From Ostrea edulis (lineage: Eukaryota), in contig NC_079165.1 in assembly GCF_947568905.1 (NCBI RefSeq), positions 12,338,001 through 12,402,000 of the forward strand: a DNA stretch of 64,000 bases. Direction: 5' to 3'. Shown one piece after another: positions 36,272-49,328 of the stretch. Position numbers and translations under genes: made by a program. The notes beneath the pieces were generated by a model. It worked only from the letters and a program-made list of their open reading frames with translations, was not told the origin of the DNA and ran no database searches. How positions within the stretch are numbered: position 1 is the first letter of the stretch; every line of letters starts with the position of its first letter.

Positions 36272-36384
36272 ATTCACAGAATCAAGAGAGAGAGAGAGAG
36301 CGAGCATTCGCAGAATCAAGAGAGAGAGAGAGAGAGAGCAATCACAGAATCAAGAGAGAGAGAGGAGAGAGAGCATTCACAGAA

Positions 36385-36438
<54 letters not shown>

Positions 36439-36452
36439 ATTCACAGAATCAC
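36090..36452. repeat. Compound (GA)n microsatellite interleaved with GCATTCACAGAATCAA units
   Basis: About 7 recurrences of the spacer between GA runs. Confidence 0.95.
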
Positions 36453-36705
36453 TAGTTGATTGTATTTTAGTTTGTGAAGTGCACTGATCCTGTGTGAGGA
36501 TCCATTCCTCTTTTGGTTAACATTAAGTAAAAGAATTTCACTGTAGCTGAGAAGATGAACATTCAGACAAGCATTTAGAAGAAATGTACACTACAAACGA
36601 AATCTTAGTGAACCTTGAAAACTTTACTGAAAAAATGAGAACAGAAAACCCATAAACAAAGCTAAAAACTAGAATAAAATAAATCAAATTATACCTCAAC
36701 AATAA

Positions 36706-37708
36706 CTAACCAGATAAAAACACACAAATTAAACAAAAAAACATAACAAACAACAAAAACCAACCAGATAAAAACACACAAATTAAACAAAAAACATAAC
36801 AAACAACAAAAACCAACCAGATAAAAACACACAAATTAAATAAAAAACATAACAAACAACAAAAACCAACCAGATAAAAACACACAAATTAAACAAAAAA
36901 CATAACAAACAACAAAAACCAACCAGATAAAAACACACAAATTGAACAAAAAACATAACAAACAACAAAAACCAACCAGATAAAAACACACAAATTAAAC
37001 AAAAAACATAACAAACAACAAAAACCAACCAGATAAAAACACACAAATTAAACAAAAAACATAACAAACAACAAAAACCAACCAGATAAAAACACACAAA
37101 TTAAACAAAAAACATAACAAACAACAAAAACCAACCAGATAAAAACACACAAATTAAACAAAAAACATAACAAACAACAAAAACCAACCAGATAAAAACA
37201 CACAAATTAAATAAAAAACATAACAAACAACAAAAACCAACCAGATAAAAACACACAAATTAAACAAAAAACATAACAAACAACAAAAACCAACCAGATA
37301 AAAACACACAAATTAAACAAAAAAACATAACAAACAACAAAAACCAACCAGATAAAAACACACAAATTAAATAAAAAACATAACAAACAACAAAAACCAA
37401 CCAGATAAAAACACACAAATTAAACAAAAAACATAACAAACAACAAAAACCAACCAGATAAAAACACACAAATTAAACAAAAAACACAACAAACAACAAA
37501 AACCAACCAGATAAAAACACACAAATTAAACAAAAAACATAACAAACAACAAAAACCAACCAGATAAAAACACACAAATTAAACAAAAAACATAACAAAC
37601 AACAAAAACCAACCAGATAAAAACACACAAATTAAACAAAAAAACATAACAAACAACAAAAACCAACCAGATAAAAACACACAAATTAAACAAAAAACAT
37701 AACAAACA
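36706..37708. repeat. 53-bp A/C-rich minisatellite, ~19 copies
   Basis: AACCAGATAAAAACACACAAATTAAACAAAAAACATAACAAACAACAAAAACC repeated. Confidence 0.97.
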
Positions 37709-37923
37709 ACACTGCCACTTAAAACAGGAAGCAAGGAACCGAATATGAAAATAGTAAACTATTTTAAAATATATTTTTAAATACATCAAAATCTTGATTG
37801 GAGATCTGCGATTAAAACCGGCAGATCCGTACAAGCCGGAAAGAGATTATTAATCACAAGTTGTGACTCAGAAACCTTATGTTTATAACAGCACAGAACG
37901 GAATTAACTTTACCAGTATTACA

Positions 37924-40069
37924 ATGGACGTGAACACAGCCAAACTCGTCACAATTATATCTCGGCTTCAATATGAGCTGGACTCCACAAAACGAAAACT
38001 TCGAATGGAAGAGGAAGAAAAAGAAAAGGCACTAACACGGTATGATATTTTCGTCATTAGTCATACTTTTATAATTCGCCCTACTCTGTGAAAAATGGAA
38101 ATTGTTAATATATTTAATTTTTTGGTCCAGGTTGAGCTCTATAGCGGGATCAAAATTATCATATAATAATCCGGATATCGCCGACTTGTCCGACAAAAAC
38201 AGGCCTCAGAAAATTGGTGAAAAATTCAATGAACTTTACGACAACGAGTGGACTGATGTCCTCGATATTCTGTCGGAGACCATGGATGAGAAAGTGGCGG
38301 TTCTGAAGCTCAGAGCTGTTCTCGAGGTAATTTCATTAGCAATGCATTTAGAATCGAATAGGAATTATTTGCTTTTCCTGAAAAATCTTCAATGCATTAT
38401 TAATCATGTATGTAGTTGTATTTTGAATACAAATGTATATCTTTACAAATATGTAAATTTGTTTTCACTTTTATCTCGAATGTTTTATATTTCATTTACA
38501 TAAATTACAACACATTTGAAACTATTTTCTCTGCTTTTGTTCAGTACATATACAAGAAAACGAAAAAGGGATCTGAGGACCAATATAAAAGCCTTCAGGA
38601 CGCTCTGTTCCAGGTACGTTGGATTGTTATAACTGTATAAAAGATCGCATGTGGGGACAATGCTGTTTCCTAGAGCCCCGGAATGAGCTGTGACATAGGC
38701 TAGTTCAGGGTCACGTGGTTACTGCCATACTCAGTCAGCAAAATACAAAAATTAATATCGATCTCCATTGTGATGTTTTTTCAAACAATTTCAACCAAAG
38801 ACAAAATATCGACCTTATCATTTTCCATGAACTCATCTAGATAAGTTTGTAAATTGTTTTTACGCTTCATTCAAGACTTTGTCAATCATATCACAAGTAT
38901 CTGAATTTTTATCAATAAATAGATACAAAAAAGAAAATACTGGATCTGTGTATTCATATATACAGTATCTGTGATCAGATAGAGATACGTCATTCACCCC
39001 CCCCCCCCCTCCCCCCTAACGCTTGGCGAAGGAACAGTTACTACCCATGTTAAGCGTTTTGGCGTCCAGAAAGTTTTAACACGTGTGAAATAATGTACGA
39101 CTTGGGCAAGGTTGTTGTAAAGCAAGTTATGATCAAAGAAAATTACGAATCCTTGCTAGTTCTTCAATTTACATTACACCATGTCAATTTTATACACTCA
39201 AAATGTTGACCAATATAGAATTTCAGCGGGGGGGGGGGGGGGGGTATATTTTTAAGCGGCATGCATGCAATTAATCATCTTTATTTTTTCTCAAATTTAC
39301 ATAACACCATGTCATTTTTGTACGCCTCAAAATGTTGACTAATCTAGAATTTTACAAGGGAAGATAGATTTTTAAACGACATGTAATCATGTTTATTTAT
39401 GGTAGTGAATGAATGTCGGTGAATATTATTCATTTATTACTTATGTTTTTTTTGTTTCTGTAGAGAGACCTGAGAAACTCTGAGACAAAGAATTTCATAG
39501 AGATATACAAAAAAATCAGCGAATTACAGAAATCTGTGTTAACATTGTCAATCAGCAATACNNNNNNNNNNNNNNNNNNNNNNNNNNNNNNNNNNNNNNN
39601 NNNNNNNNNNNNNNNNNNNNNNNNNNNNNNNNNNNNNNNNNNNNNNNNNNNNNNNNNNNNNNNNNNNNNNNNNNNNNNNNNNNNNNNNNNNNNNNNGCAT
39701 TTGTGATCTTAGCAATTTGATGACATTCATTTAATGAAGGATAAGAATTATAATTCGATCGTATTTCTCTTTCAGTCTTTAAGGGAAGATTCTGATTTTA
39801 TGCTGCCATATGAAATTGTGGTAAATTGTTGTGAGCCGTTCGTTGACAAATGTGTAGAACTTTGTTGGATGATGCACATTCAGGATCCACCTATGAGTTT
39901 AGACTTTGGATCATCGAAGACCGTAGATCAGCACATGTTTAGGCTCTTCACCAGATCGGGAAATGTGGTAGACTTTGTCGTGTGGCCTGCTCTCTTACTG
40001 CATGAAAATGGACCACTTGTTCAGAAGGGCGTTGTTCAACCCGTGAAAGTAAAACTAAAAGGGAAATAA
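37924..40069 (+). CDS. MIEAP (mitochondria-eating protein) C-terminal-domain protein, copy 1, ~259 aa
   Basis: Exons 37924-38039, 38131-38326, 38545-38613, 39464-(gap), 39776-40069. Motifs LSDKNRPQKIGEKFNELYDNEWTD and CVELCWMMHIQDPP...VVWPALLLHENGPLVQKGVVQ, recognised as the invertebrate MIEAP-domain family. Additional upstream exons are not excluded. Confidence 0.85.
39562..39696. other. Assembly gap (135 N)
   Basis: Run of n. Confidence 1.
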
Positions 40070-41851
40070 ATAAAATATGCAAATGTTGTTTTACCGCTCA
40101 TAAATACCTTTAAGTGCCAAATTTTACATCATTGTTTTGAACTTGTTACCTTTATTGTTGTTATTTTGTTTTTATTAAAAATGAATATTTCAAAGTGAGT
40201 TTGGAATAAGCATATTATTTAAAGGGAAGTTCCTGTCCATGAAAATCCTGCATACCATTAGACAGGAACAAGAACTTCCTCTTTCATAGAGGCATATATA
40301 GGTTACTTCCCCAAAATTGATGTAATCTGAATACCAGGGGGAAAAGGAAATTAAAAAATAACATTATTTTTATTTTTAAAAGAAACATTACAAATGGACG
40401 AATGTATCCAATCGCTTTTGTCTCTTTAGATACTGAAATAAGGAAATGGAAAACAATATATTTTAAAAGCATGTTACAAATGGACGCATAAATCCAATCG
40501 CTCCCTGTCTCCGGTTATTCTAAACATTACTTCATGCATAAAAACAAAAATTCCACTTTTTATTCAGCATTCGTATTGTACTGGGAAAATACAATAGAGA
40601 AAATGAATTTAAAAAATACAATAGAGAAAATTAAATTTAAAAAACATATAATTGATCAATTAGACTTTAATCAGCGGTACACGAGAACCAGTCGGAGGTC
40701 GATTACGTTATACGGATGAAAAGGATGCAAATGAACTTAATATTTTGTTCACAAATACCCCCCCCCCCCCATTTAACAAAGGTCCTTATGCATATGAGTG
40801 GATGCTGTACATGATTAGATAAAAGGCAGATGATTTGTATTTTACAGTAAAACACACAGAGACAACACTAGAACATTTCTGTAAAGCACCTTCCATGGAC
40901 GGCGATTTATCATCAACAACAACAACAAAAATCATCATGTATATCCGTTGTACAATCAGATCAGATAATTTGTACCCCCCCCCCTTTTTTTAATGGATAA
41001 ATAACTTTTCAATCTTGCTTATTCTGGAACTGTTTACGCGTAGAAGGAGTGTCCGTGCTTTTCCTCGGTCAAGTTCAAGTCTGTACTCCGTCATCTTATA
41101 CAGTGTAGCATGTAGCCAATAACGGGGAATAGGAACGCATTGTTTATAAACTCAGTAACCCTCCCCCTACACTCTAAAATTTCATTACGCGCCGAGTGAA
41201 CTCGAATTCCATTAACCTGACCCAATCCTTGTGTTTAATCTTAAAAAAAATAAAAATCAAACACTGGTAGTGCAGACTTAAATGTAGATTTAATGCACTC
41301 ATAAAAGAAATATAGAAGAGGGTTTTTGTCTGTCCACGAGACACGATCTTGATATGATATAATTCCCTTTCCTGTAAATAAGCTGACGATGTTTATTCAG
41401 TATAAACAAAATTACATACCATAATATATACCGCATGGTACAAAGAAAAATTAACCATGCGTGAAATATTTGAACAATCGTCATCCGGGTACCTCGTTTC
41501 TACAGATATACCTGATCTATATTTAGCTGTTACACGTAGATCATGGTCTGATTTAACACACCTTTTATGGATGAGGGATTCTCGAGAGGTGCAACGTGTA
41601 CAAATACGGAATGTTATATACGAAGTGTTTTAAATTCTACAATTTACGTTCGATGTGTAATAGACATGGTGTAAGTGACATGAGCATGACGTAATCCTGA
41701 TGAAGAAGGCACTAACTAAAATCCTTACACGGTGTTGTAATAAAAACTCAAGCACGGAAGAAGAAAAAAAAAAAAAAAAAAACACCCGAGAAGAGAAAAT
41801 AAACCGTGTAAATGATTTCACTTGGATGGTGTCGATACTCCTTGTCTTATT

Positions 41852-42263
41852 CACAGGCACCTGAAGTGTGCATGTCTTGTAGAGTTCACTTCTTATGTAC
41901 ATATCCCCACCTTCTAGAATGAAAATATTTTTATACAGAACAAATAATTTATCCCAAATATATTATTTCCCCACCGATCACCCTCATAAGTTGTTCTGAA
42001 TAGTCAGTTTCAACCTTCTGTAGGCCTAAGCTGTAGAGATGACCAATTGTGAGAGTAAAGCTTAGGCCTGAGCTTTAGAGATGACCACTTGTGAGAGTAA
42101 AGCTTAGGCCTACAGAAGGTTGAAACTGACTATTCAGAACAACTTATGAGGGTGATCGGTGGGAAAATAATATATTTTGGAAAAATTATTGGTTCATTTC
42201 ATTCTAGAAGGTGGGGTATGTACATAAGAACTCTACAAGACATGCACACTTCAGGTGCCTGTG
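41852..42263. mobile_element. Fold-back MITE (CACAGG termini) with perfect 8-bp TSD
   Basis: GTCTTATT at 41844-41851 and 42264-42271. The arms are near-perfectly inverted and homologous to 33599-34272. Confidence 0.93.
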
Positions 42264-43317
42264 GTCTTATTCCCGTTCCTCGAGTTATAAGACAATGGTT
42301 CATAGGTGCTGTTTCCCAAACATAAATTTATGGTTGATTAATGAAGACAAGCCAGTAATTATCAAGTTGGGTGATTATATTTAGTTAAGACTTCCAGAAA
42401 AAGAGGTGATGCCATAAAATTGCAAAAATACTTCTAGTTTATTATTTATATGTTGGTATGACACTGATATTGTCCATATGTAAACTTTTGTACACACCAT
42501 ATTTTGCGAATCATATGTACTTATTTCCCCATATGCTACATCTACGCGCGCGCGTGTGTGTGTATCCAGTAGCATCAATGGATATAAAAAAATGTTGGAA
42601 ATTATATCGACAAAATATACAATGCATACGTTAGTGGTTGAGTCATCTGAATATTTTTTAAGTTAAGGTGGTTTATTAAAGTTCGTGGAGTCTCGATGGG
42701 ATTTTATGTTAAGATACTCCTAGATGTGTTATTTCATGCGTTAGAGTTGAGTGGTTTATGTCGTGATCTTCTTGAATATGTAAACATTAACAGGTTTCTG
42801 GATGCGTCTAGACAATTCTACTTCTCTGAATAATCTCCCTTTACCCACATAAGTACATGTACTATATACATGTAATAGTACGTCTCTAGGTTCCAGGGCT
42901 CTATCACGGATTTGATATCGATTTAAGTATTCATTAGATATTATTCTTATTATGTAATTGAGATTTAGGCCCAGGGGAGAAATGGACACACCTGTTTTTT
43001 TGTAATATAATAATTGATACGTTTACTTCATCATTATTCAGAATAAGAATAAATATAAAACCAACAAAACTTTAAATGTAGAGGTTGTACTGACTGATAT
43101 CAAGCTGATTCCACGACACGGAGTCCTTTTTTACGGAGTACCGCGACTAGTGTGCCTATAATCGCTCTATATAAACACCCGAAAACGTGTTATATACACT
43201 GTATGTACCGGTACGGGTGCAGTGAACGCTCGATTATCACAAACATCACTGCGTGAATTTGAGACAATTTTATTTATTTAAAAATGATTCAGACTAGTTG
43301 AGAAACACCGGGTGATT

Positions 43318-43478
43318 GACTCAGTAAGACGTGTCCAGACTCAGTAACACGTGACCAGACTCAGTAACACATGTCCAGGCTCAGTAACACGTGTCCAGAC
43401 TCAGTGACATGTCCAGACTCAGTAACACGTGTTCAGACTTAGTGACACGTGTCCAGACTCAGTAACACGTGTCCAGGC
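43318..43478. repeat. 20-bp tandem repeat (CAGACTCAGTAACACGTGTC), ~8 copies
   Basis: Visible periodicity. Confidence 0.92.
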
Positions 43479-44291
43479 AGTATCAATACAGACAATATCA
43501 CGAAATATCATCATATACATATAAGTATTTAAAATTCTAAACCATTTCTATTACTCAGGCTTAACAATGGGAGAAAATGACGTTTAAAAATGCTAGAATG
43601 CTATTTGTTAAGGATAACGACGTGTTGAGGGGTCAAATCCTGGGAATCTCTGACATTGTATTTTTCCTGTCTACATTTTCAGACGAACTTTACGAAAATT
43701 GGGAACAAAGATGATGAAGCCCCCGAAAGTACCTTAATTTTAAATAGCTATTGCGTTTTTTTAAGTGTGTTTGTTTTGTGTCTGATTAAGCTACACTTAT
43801 TTACATGAAGGTACGGGTATTTTCTTACTGCGTGAGCGGTGGGGGCTTATCTGACCACGTCCAGAGTTTAAGAATATACTGCACGGCGTTGTTGTTTTTG
43901 TTTTTTGTTTTTCCATATTGCCGTGAAACCGTTCTACTTACAACAACAAGAATATGATATTGACTCGTACGCATATTAGTATTGTGTTTATCATGTTATC
44001 GTAATAATAAAGCATTAAATTAACAAAACATGTCTATTATGTTTCCAAAATAATGGCTACCCCTATCAGCGATCAATCCTCCAGAAAATTAGATAATTCA
44101 TAGAAACACCTAACAAACATTTGACTGTCATTACATCACCAATGGTTCGACTAATCGTCATAGTTGCAAAACATGTATTACGTTATAAATGTCCTACAGT
44201 GTAGTGTGACACTATCTAGACTATTCCACGTGTTCTTTATAAAAGGTAGACCATTGATCAGCGAATGACATTTAAATCTAAACAGTTCGGG

Positions 44292-46236
44292 ATGGCTGAC
44301 GTAGATAATTTAATACTTCTGATATCGAGGCTACAAGGAGAATTAGATGATACTAAACGTAGGCTAAAACTGGAGACTGCGGAAAAAGAAAGAGCTCTAA
44401 CAAGGTATTCTGATTATTAATTTCATAAAACGAACAGGTAACTTTATTTGAAATTTAGTATGAAATAAACTACTTTGCACCTTGTTTTCTTTCAAGACTA
44501 AAAAGCGGTTTTGTAATACATGTATTAAAAAAATACTTTGAAAACACAAACTGTGCTTACAGTTATCAATTGGGTTTTAAAAGAATAAATCATGCAAAAT
44601 TTACTCTTCTATTTACATGCAAATTAAACTGATTGCTATTTGGCAGGCTTAGTTCGATAGCTGGAACAAAACTTACTCACAATAACCCTGGAATAACGGA
44701 CCTCTCAGACAAAAACAGACCACAGAAAATTGGGGAATATTTCAATGAATTGTACGACAATGAGTGGACGGAAGCCATTGACCATCTGTCGGGGGGATAC
44801 GGGGAGGAGAAAGCTGCCCAGGTGCTCAGCGGTGTTCTTCAGGTAAGATACTTCATCTTAAGTCAAAAGGAAAATGTACAGAGCAAAAACTTTATTTTCA
44901 CTGTAAAGAAAAATTGAAGTAGTTATTTTGAATTATAGTGGTATTCTAGTTGGATTCCGATACGCGGCCTCTCCTCATTCACGTTATATAATTCAAACGC
45001 TAAAGTGTAGGTTTATTAGCATTGAGCGCTGCTGTTTTTCTCACCAGAATATGTGTTTCTCCATCACAAAAGGATTTTTCACATTTGTGCAGCATAATTG
45101 TATGGTAAATCATTCAACTTAAAAGTTTGCTCTGCTGAATTCTTAAATACATGGACTCTATAAGGTGATGTTTTTATTTTCAGTTTATCGCCAATAAGAC
45201 AAAGAGGTCTGCTGACGAGCAGTATAAGAATTTACAACAGGCGTTATTTCAGGTACATACAGAAAATCGGTGAAGTTTTTCTACTTAAGAAAAATTCTTT
45301 AATTGTTTACGACCTAGTTTTCTTACGCAACATTTTACAACTTCCAAGTTTTTTTCATTCATTTTCTGGTTGTCAAAATAAGATAGATGAAGCGATCGAT
45401 TCGCCTGAAGCATTTATACCTGTTTATAACGTTACACATGCGCCTGGAAGCCATGTTTGCTGATCGTTACTGTTAATTAACTTTACAGAGACACCTGAGG
45501 GACTCCGAGGCTGGAAACTTTATCGTAATATACAAGAAAATTAGTCAACTTCAGAAGGAGGTATCCGCACTCTCCATATCGAATGCGAAACAGGTATTCA
45601 TCCCTTATATTGTTTGCAAATCGCAAAATTTATTTAAACCAATTTCTTTGAATATTATTATTTTATTTACAAATCCAATTCTGGGCCCTGTCGGGCATAC
45701 AAGCTTAAGAAAAAAAAAAAAAAGAAGTGACAATCAAAAGACCAAATACAGAAAAAAGAGTGTACGGCAAATTAAGCTGTCCAGAAATACCGTATATGTA
45801 TAACAATATTGTATTATATATAAAATCAATTTTTAGAATCTATGAATATGCTGCTGTTAATGGTCATGAATATATGATGATAAAATCATTTCAGTTTCTG
45901 AAGGAGGATGCAGAATTTGTGTCAGAATATAAAGACATGCTGTGTCACTCTGGTTGTGAAGCATTCGTGGACAGGTGTATAGAACTGTGTTGGATGATGA
46001 ATATCCAGGATCCGCCCATGTACTTACAGTTTGAATCCTCTGACGTCATTGACAGAAGCATGTTTAGACTGTTTACCAGAAACGGAGAGCGTCTTGAGTA
46101 CGTAGTGTGGCCTGCCCTTTTATTACACGAAAACGGACCTCTTGTTCAAAAGGGCGTAGCTCAACCTGTTCCTTCCAAGTCTGCCGCTAAACATTCGAAA
46201 CCAACGGCCAGAAATAAAAGGACGATAAACAAGTGA
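44292..46236 (+). CDS. MIEAP C-terminal-domain protein, copy 2, ~274 aa
   Basis: Exons 44292-44404, 44647-44842, 45184-45252, 45489-45593, 45895-46236. Same phases and internal exon lengths (196, 69) as copy 1. Motifs NRPQKIGEYFNELYDNEWTEA, CIELCWMMNIQDPP and VVWPALLLHENGPLVQKGVAQ. Confidence 0.88.
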
Positions 46237-46947
46237 AGGGCACCTGCTTTACTGCTCTCTATTGAAAACAGTTATGGTAGTTCTACCGGTGATACGGGCC
46301 TAAAGATTTAATGACGACCTGCATTTGTCGTTGTTACATGTATGTACAGTGCAATCTAGTCATTTTTGTGTGAATTTGTGTACGTGAACATGTGTACATG
46401 TGTGTGTACACAACGACAACAGATAGTTCCATCTGAAGATTTTAAGATACCATGTGTTCATTTATGCATAACTTACCAAATTTAGTCATAAAAGACAAGT
46501 ATCAACTTAAACGCATAGTTATTTTTCTTTATGAATGGAAGAATTTATGTATCATATCTTTATTGCATGGTCTTAGAATATTTTTTTTAATTTCATGACA
46601 AATCAACTTTTGTGCCAAGTATTCATTGAGGTTTTTGTGCGTCATTCTCAAAAATATGTCTTGGATACCCCCTACTAATACGTGCGTCATACCCGACAAC
46701 AATGTGGAGTGTGTGCATGGTGCGCACTGAACTTTAAATCGATTCAGTATCACGCGCTGGACTCGCTGAACTCAAACAAGGGAAATTATGAGAACATGCT
46801 TGTTGTTAAGAAAATTTGAGCGGTTATTGCGCTTATACATGTACATTCATGTATGTAACAGAAGAAACATCTCTTTTTAAATCGTGACACACCCACCCAC
46901 CCATTTGTTTTAAATCAATGCAACTGGTATGATCAATATCGATCGGA

Positions 46948-47075
46948 CCATGGGCGGATTCAAAATTTAATTTTAGAGGGAAGGATGGGTGGGAAATCTG
47001 AGGCAGGTGGTCCCAGAGTCGCAATGCCCTGGTGGGGACCACGGGGGCAGAGTCCCCGGAAGCTTCCGTGATTTA
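46948..47075. mobile_element. Truncated fragment related to the CAG(G/T)GGCGGAT-ended DNA element family
   Basis: Starts CATGGGCGGATTCA and contains ggggcagagtccccggaagc, resembling the inverse of 2040-2080. Confidence 0.4.
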
Positions 47076-47229
47076 CTGTCTCTTAATAACAAAATCTGTC
47101 GTAAAATTAATAGTATTTTAGTCCACATACATGTAAGTGTATTTTCTGTGTTTTAAACATACTTGTAGTACTTTACTTATATTACTTTTATAAACTTTCA
47201 AAGATTCATAATTCCTATTCAAATACTAC

Positions 47230-47305
47230 TAGTCTCGCTTTCCCCAGACTCTCGCCCTCGATACTTTGCACGAGCGAGGGCGAGAGTCTGGGGAAAGCGA
47301 GACTA
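47230..47305. mobile_element. 76-bp non-autonomous MITE with TAG termini and 9-bp TSD (AcademH-like)
   Basis: TAGTCTCGCTTTCCCCAGACTCTCGCCCTCG ... CGAGGGCGAGAGTCTGGGGAAAGCGAGACTA. AAATACTAC at 47221-47229 and 47306-47314. Confidence 0.88.
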
Positions 47306-48008
47306 AAATACTACTTGTGCCTGGCATCTTTTTTCACAATATAATTAAATTAAGGCGTAGAGATATACGTAAGCGGATCAAAGGATCTTTAATCGGGCAC
47401 GGACGCATATTTTGAAGACCATATTCATTAGCCTAATTTATTTAGACATCGATTCATGTGCCGAGATTTAATATCATCATGAAAAATAGATAGATATATA
47501 CAATTTAGTCTTCTCAAAAACTTATCTGAGATAGGTGCTAACCATATTGGCTAATCAAAGTAACAGATACTTTCTTTAGTAGCTTTAGTACTTACTTCAG
47601 TAACTTTAGTACTTACTTTAGTAACTTTAGTACTTTTTTCAGTAACTTTAGTACTTTCTTCAGTAACTTTAGTTCTTACTTCAGTGACTTTAATACTTAC
47701 TTCAGTAACTTTAGTTCTTTCTTCAGTAACTTAGTACTTACTTTTGTAACTTTAGCACTTACTTCTGTAACATTAGTACTTTCTTTAGTAACTTTAGTAC
47801 TTATTTCTGTAAATTTAGTACTTACTTCAGTAACTTTAGTACTTTCTACAGTAACTTAGTACTTAATTTTGTAACTTTAGTACTTACTTCAGTAACTTTA
47901 TCACTTGCTTCAGTAATTTAGTACTTACTTCAATAACTTTAGTACTTTCTTCAGTAACTTTAGTACTTTCTTCAATAACTTTAGTACTTACTTCAGTAAC
48001 TTTAGTAC

Positions 48009-48165
48009 ATAATAATAAATTCTTTTATTTAGACAGGATAGCACAATTTGTACAAATGACTAGTTTACATTGTGGTCCTGTATAAAACATATTCATAGAC
48101 AGATAAATGAGAGAATAGAAAAATAGATAACATAATATAAAATATATACATACAATACACACACA
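48009..48165 (-). mobile_element. Probable 5'-truncated LINE 3' tail
   Basis: The minus strand ends ...CTAAATAAAAGAATTTATTATTAT (polyA signal plus a TTA tail). Flanked by AGTAC. Confidence 0.45.
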
Positions 48166-48344
48166 GTACTTACTTCAGTAACTTTAGTACTTTCTTCAGT
48201 AACTTTAGTACTTTCTTCAGTAACTTTAGTACTTACTTCAGTAACTTTAATACTTTCTTCAGTAACTTTAGTACTTTCTTCAGTGACTTTAGTACTTACT
48301 TAAGTAACTTTAGTACTTTCTTCAGTAATTTAGTACTTACTTAA

Positions 48345-49328
48345 AGAGACACTACAGCTCATTTCCCACATTTTAATAAAGTGTTTTTAAAAACACGTAT
48401 TGATAAAATGATAAAAATCATATCGATACTGACAATTTTGAACGATTGGATGCATTAATTTACTCTCAACTGCGCTTTGAAGATCGTCCGGAATTCAAAG
48501 GTTTCTTCATGCTGACTCGGACTTTTGAATGCTTATTTACATCACGTGGTTTTGAATGACAGCAAAGGTGTTGTGTAGGAATCCCCTTCAAGGGGACCAC
48601 ACTCACCTTTCAAGTATAAGCTAGATTATTTCCTGCTCATTATAATAAGTAATTATATAAATCATAATTCAACAGAAACCCACCTATGTTCTTATTGACC
48701 GATGTTTTTACAACTGGTTAACACCTGTCGTGTTCAGATAAAAATAACACTTTTAAAGCAGTTCTTCGCGGCTAGTCCTAATAGCAGATTTAGGGGGGCC
48801 AGGATCCCCCTCTCCTTTTTAACCACAAATTGTGAGTGAAACTCCAAATTTTGCACCCAGAATGGCCGATTACTTTGGCTAATATTTGACTTTCACATCC
48901 CCCTTCGGAAATCCTAGATCCGCCACTGAGTTACAATCGTTTCTCCTAGCTTTTCGTTTTCCAACGGTCATACTGATCCCAAGGTAAATTTTATTTCACG
49001 TATGAGTTTTGTCTCATTTTATTTTTACCTCTTTTCTCATAGAATCTTTCAAAATTCTGGATCTATCGATATCCACTGCACTCACTTAACGACATGCTGC
49101 ACTGTTTACTGTCTATGCGCATGCGTCTGAAGACCGAAGGAGGAGACTCGATATTTTTTGTATAGGCCATCAAAAAGTATTAATTTTTACGTTAAAACGA
49201 GAGTTTTTAACTTTAGATAAGTGTTATTTTCGCAAAGTTCATACATTCAACAATGCAACAAAAATTGAGAAAGCCCTGAGAAAATTGTCATTTCATGATT
49301 TTTGCGCAAAATGAGCTGTAGTGTCTCT
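48345..49328. mobile_element. Non-autonomous Kolobok-like DNA transposon
   Basis: TIR AGAGACACTACAGCTCATTT...AAATGAGCTGTAGTGTCTCT flanked by TTAA on both sides. RR termini favour Kolobok over piggyBac. Confidence 0.88.
48778..48928. mobile_element. Decayed CAG(T)GGCGGAT-type element nested in the Kolobok-like element
   Basis: Right end CTAGATCCGCCACTG, decayed left end TAATAGCAGATTTAGG. TSD is only partial. Confidence 0.55.

Noticed and set aside
36060-36455. RE-repeat ORF
   Set aside because: Translation of the (GA)n microsatellite.
36783-37834. Minus-strand hydrophobic Cys/Phe-rich ORFs
   Set aside because: Translation of the 53-bp minisatellite.
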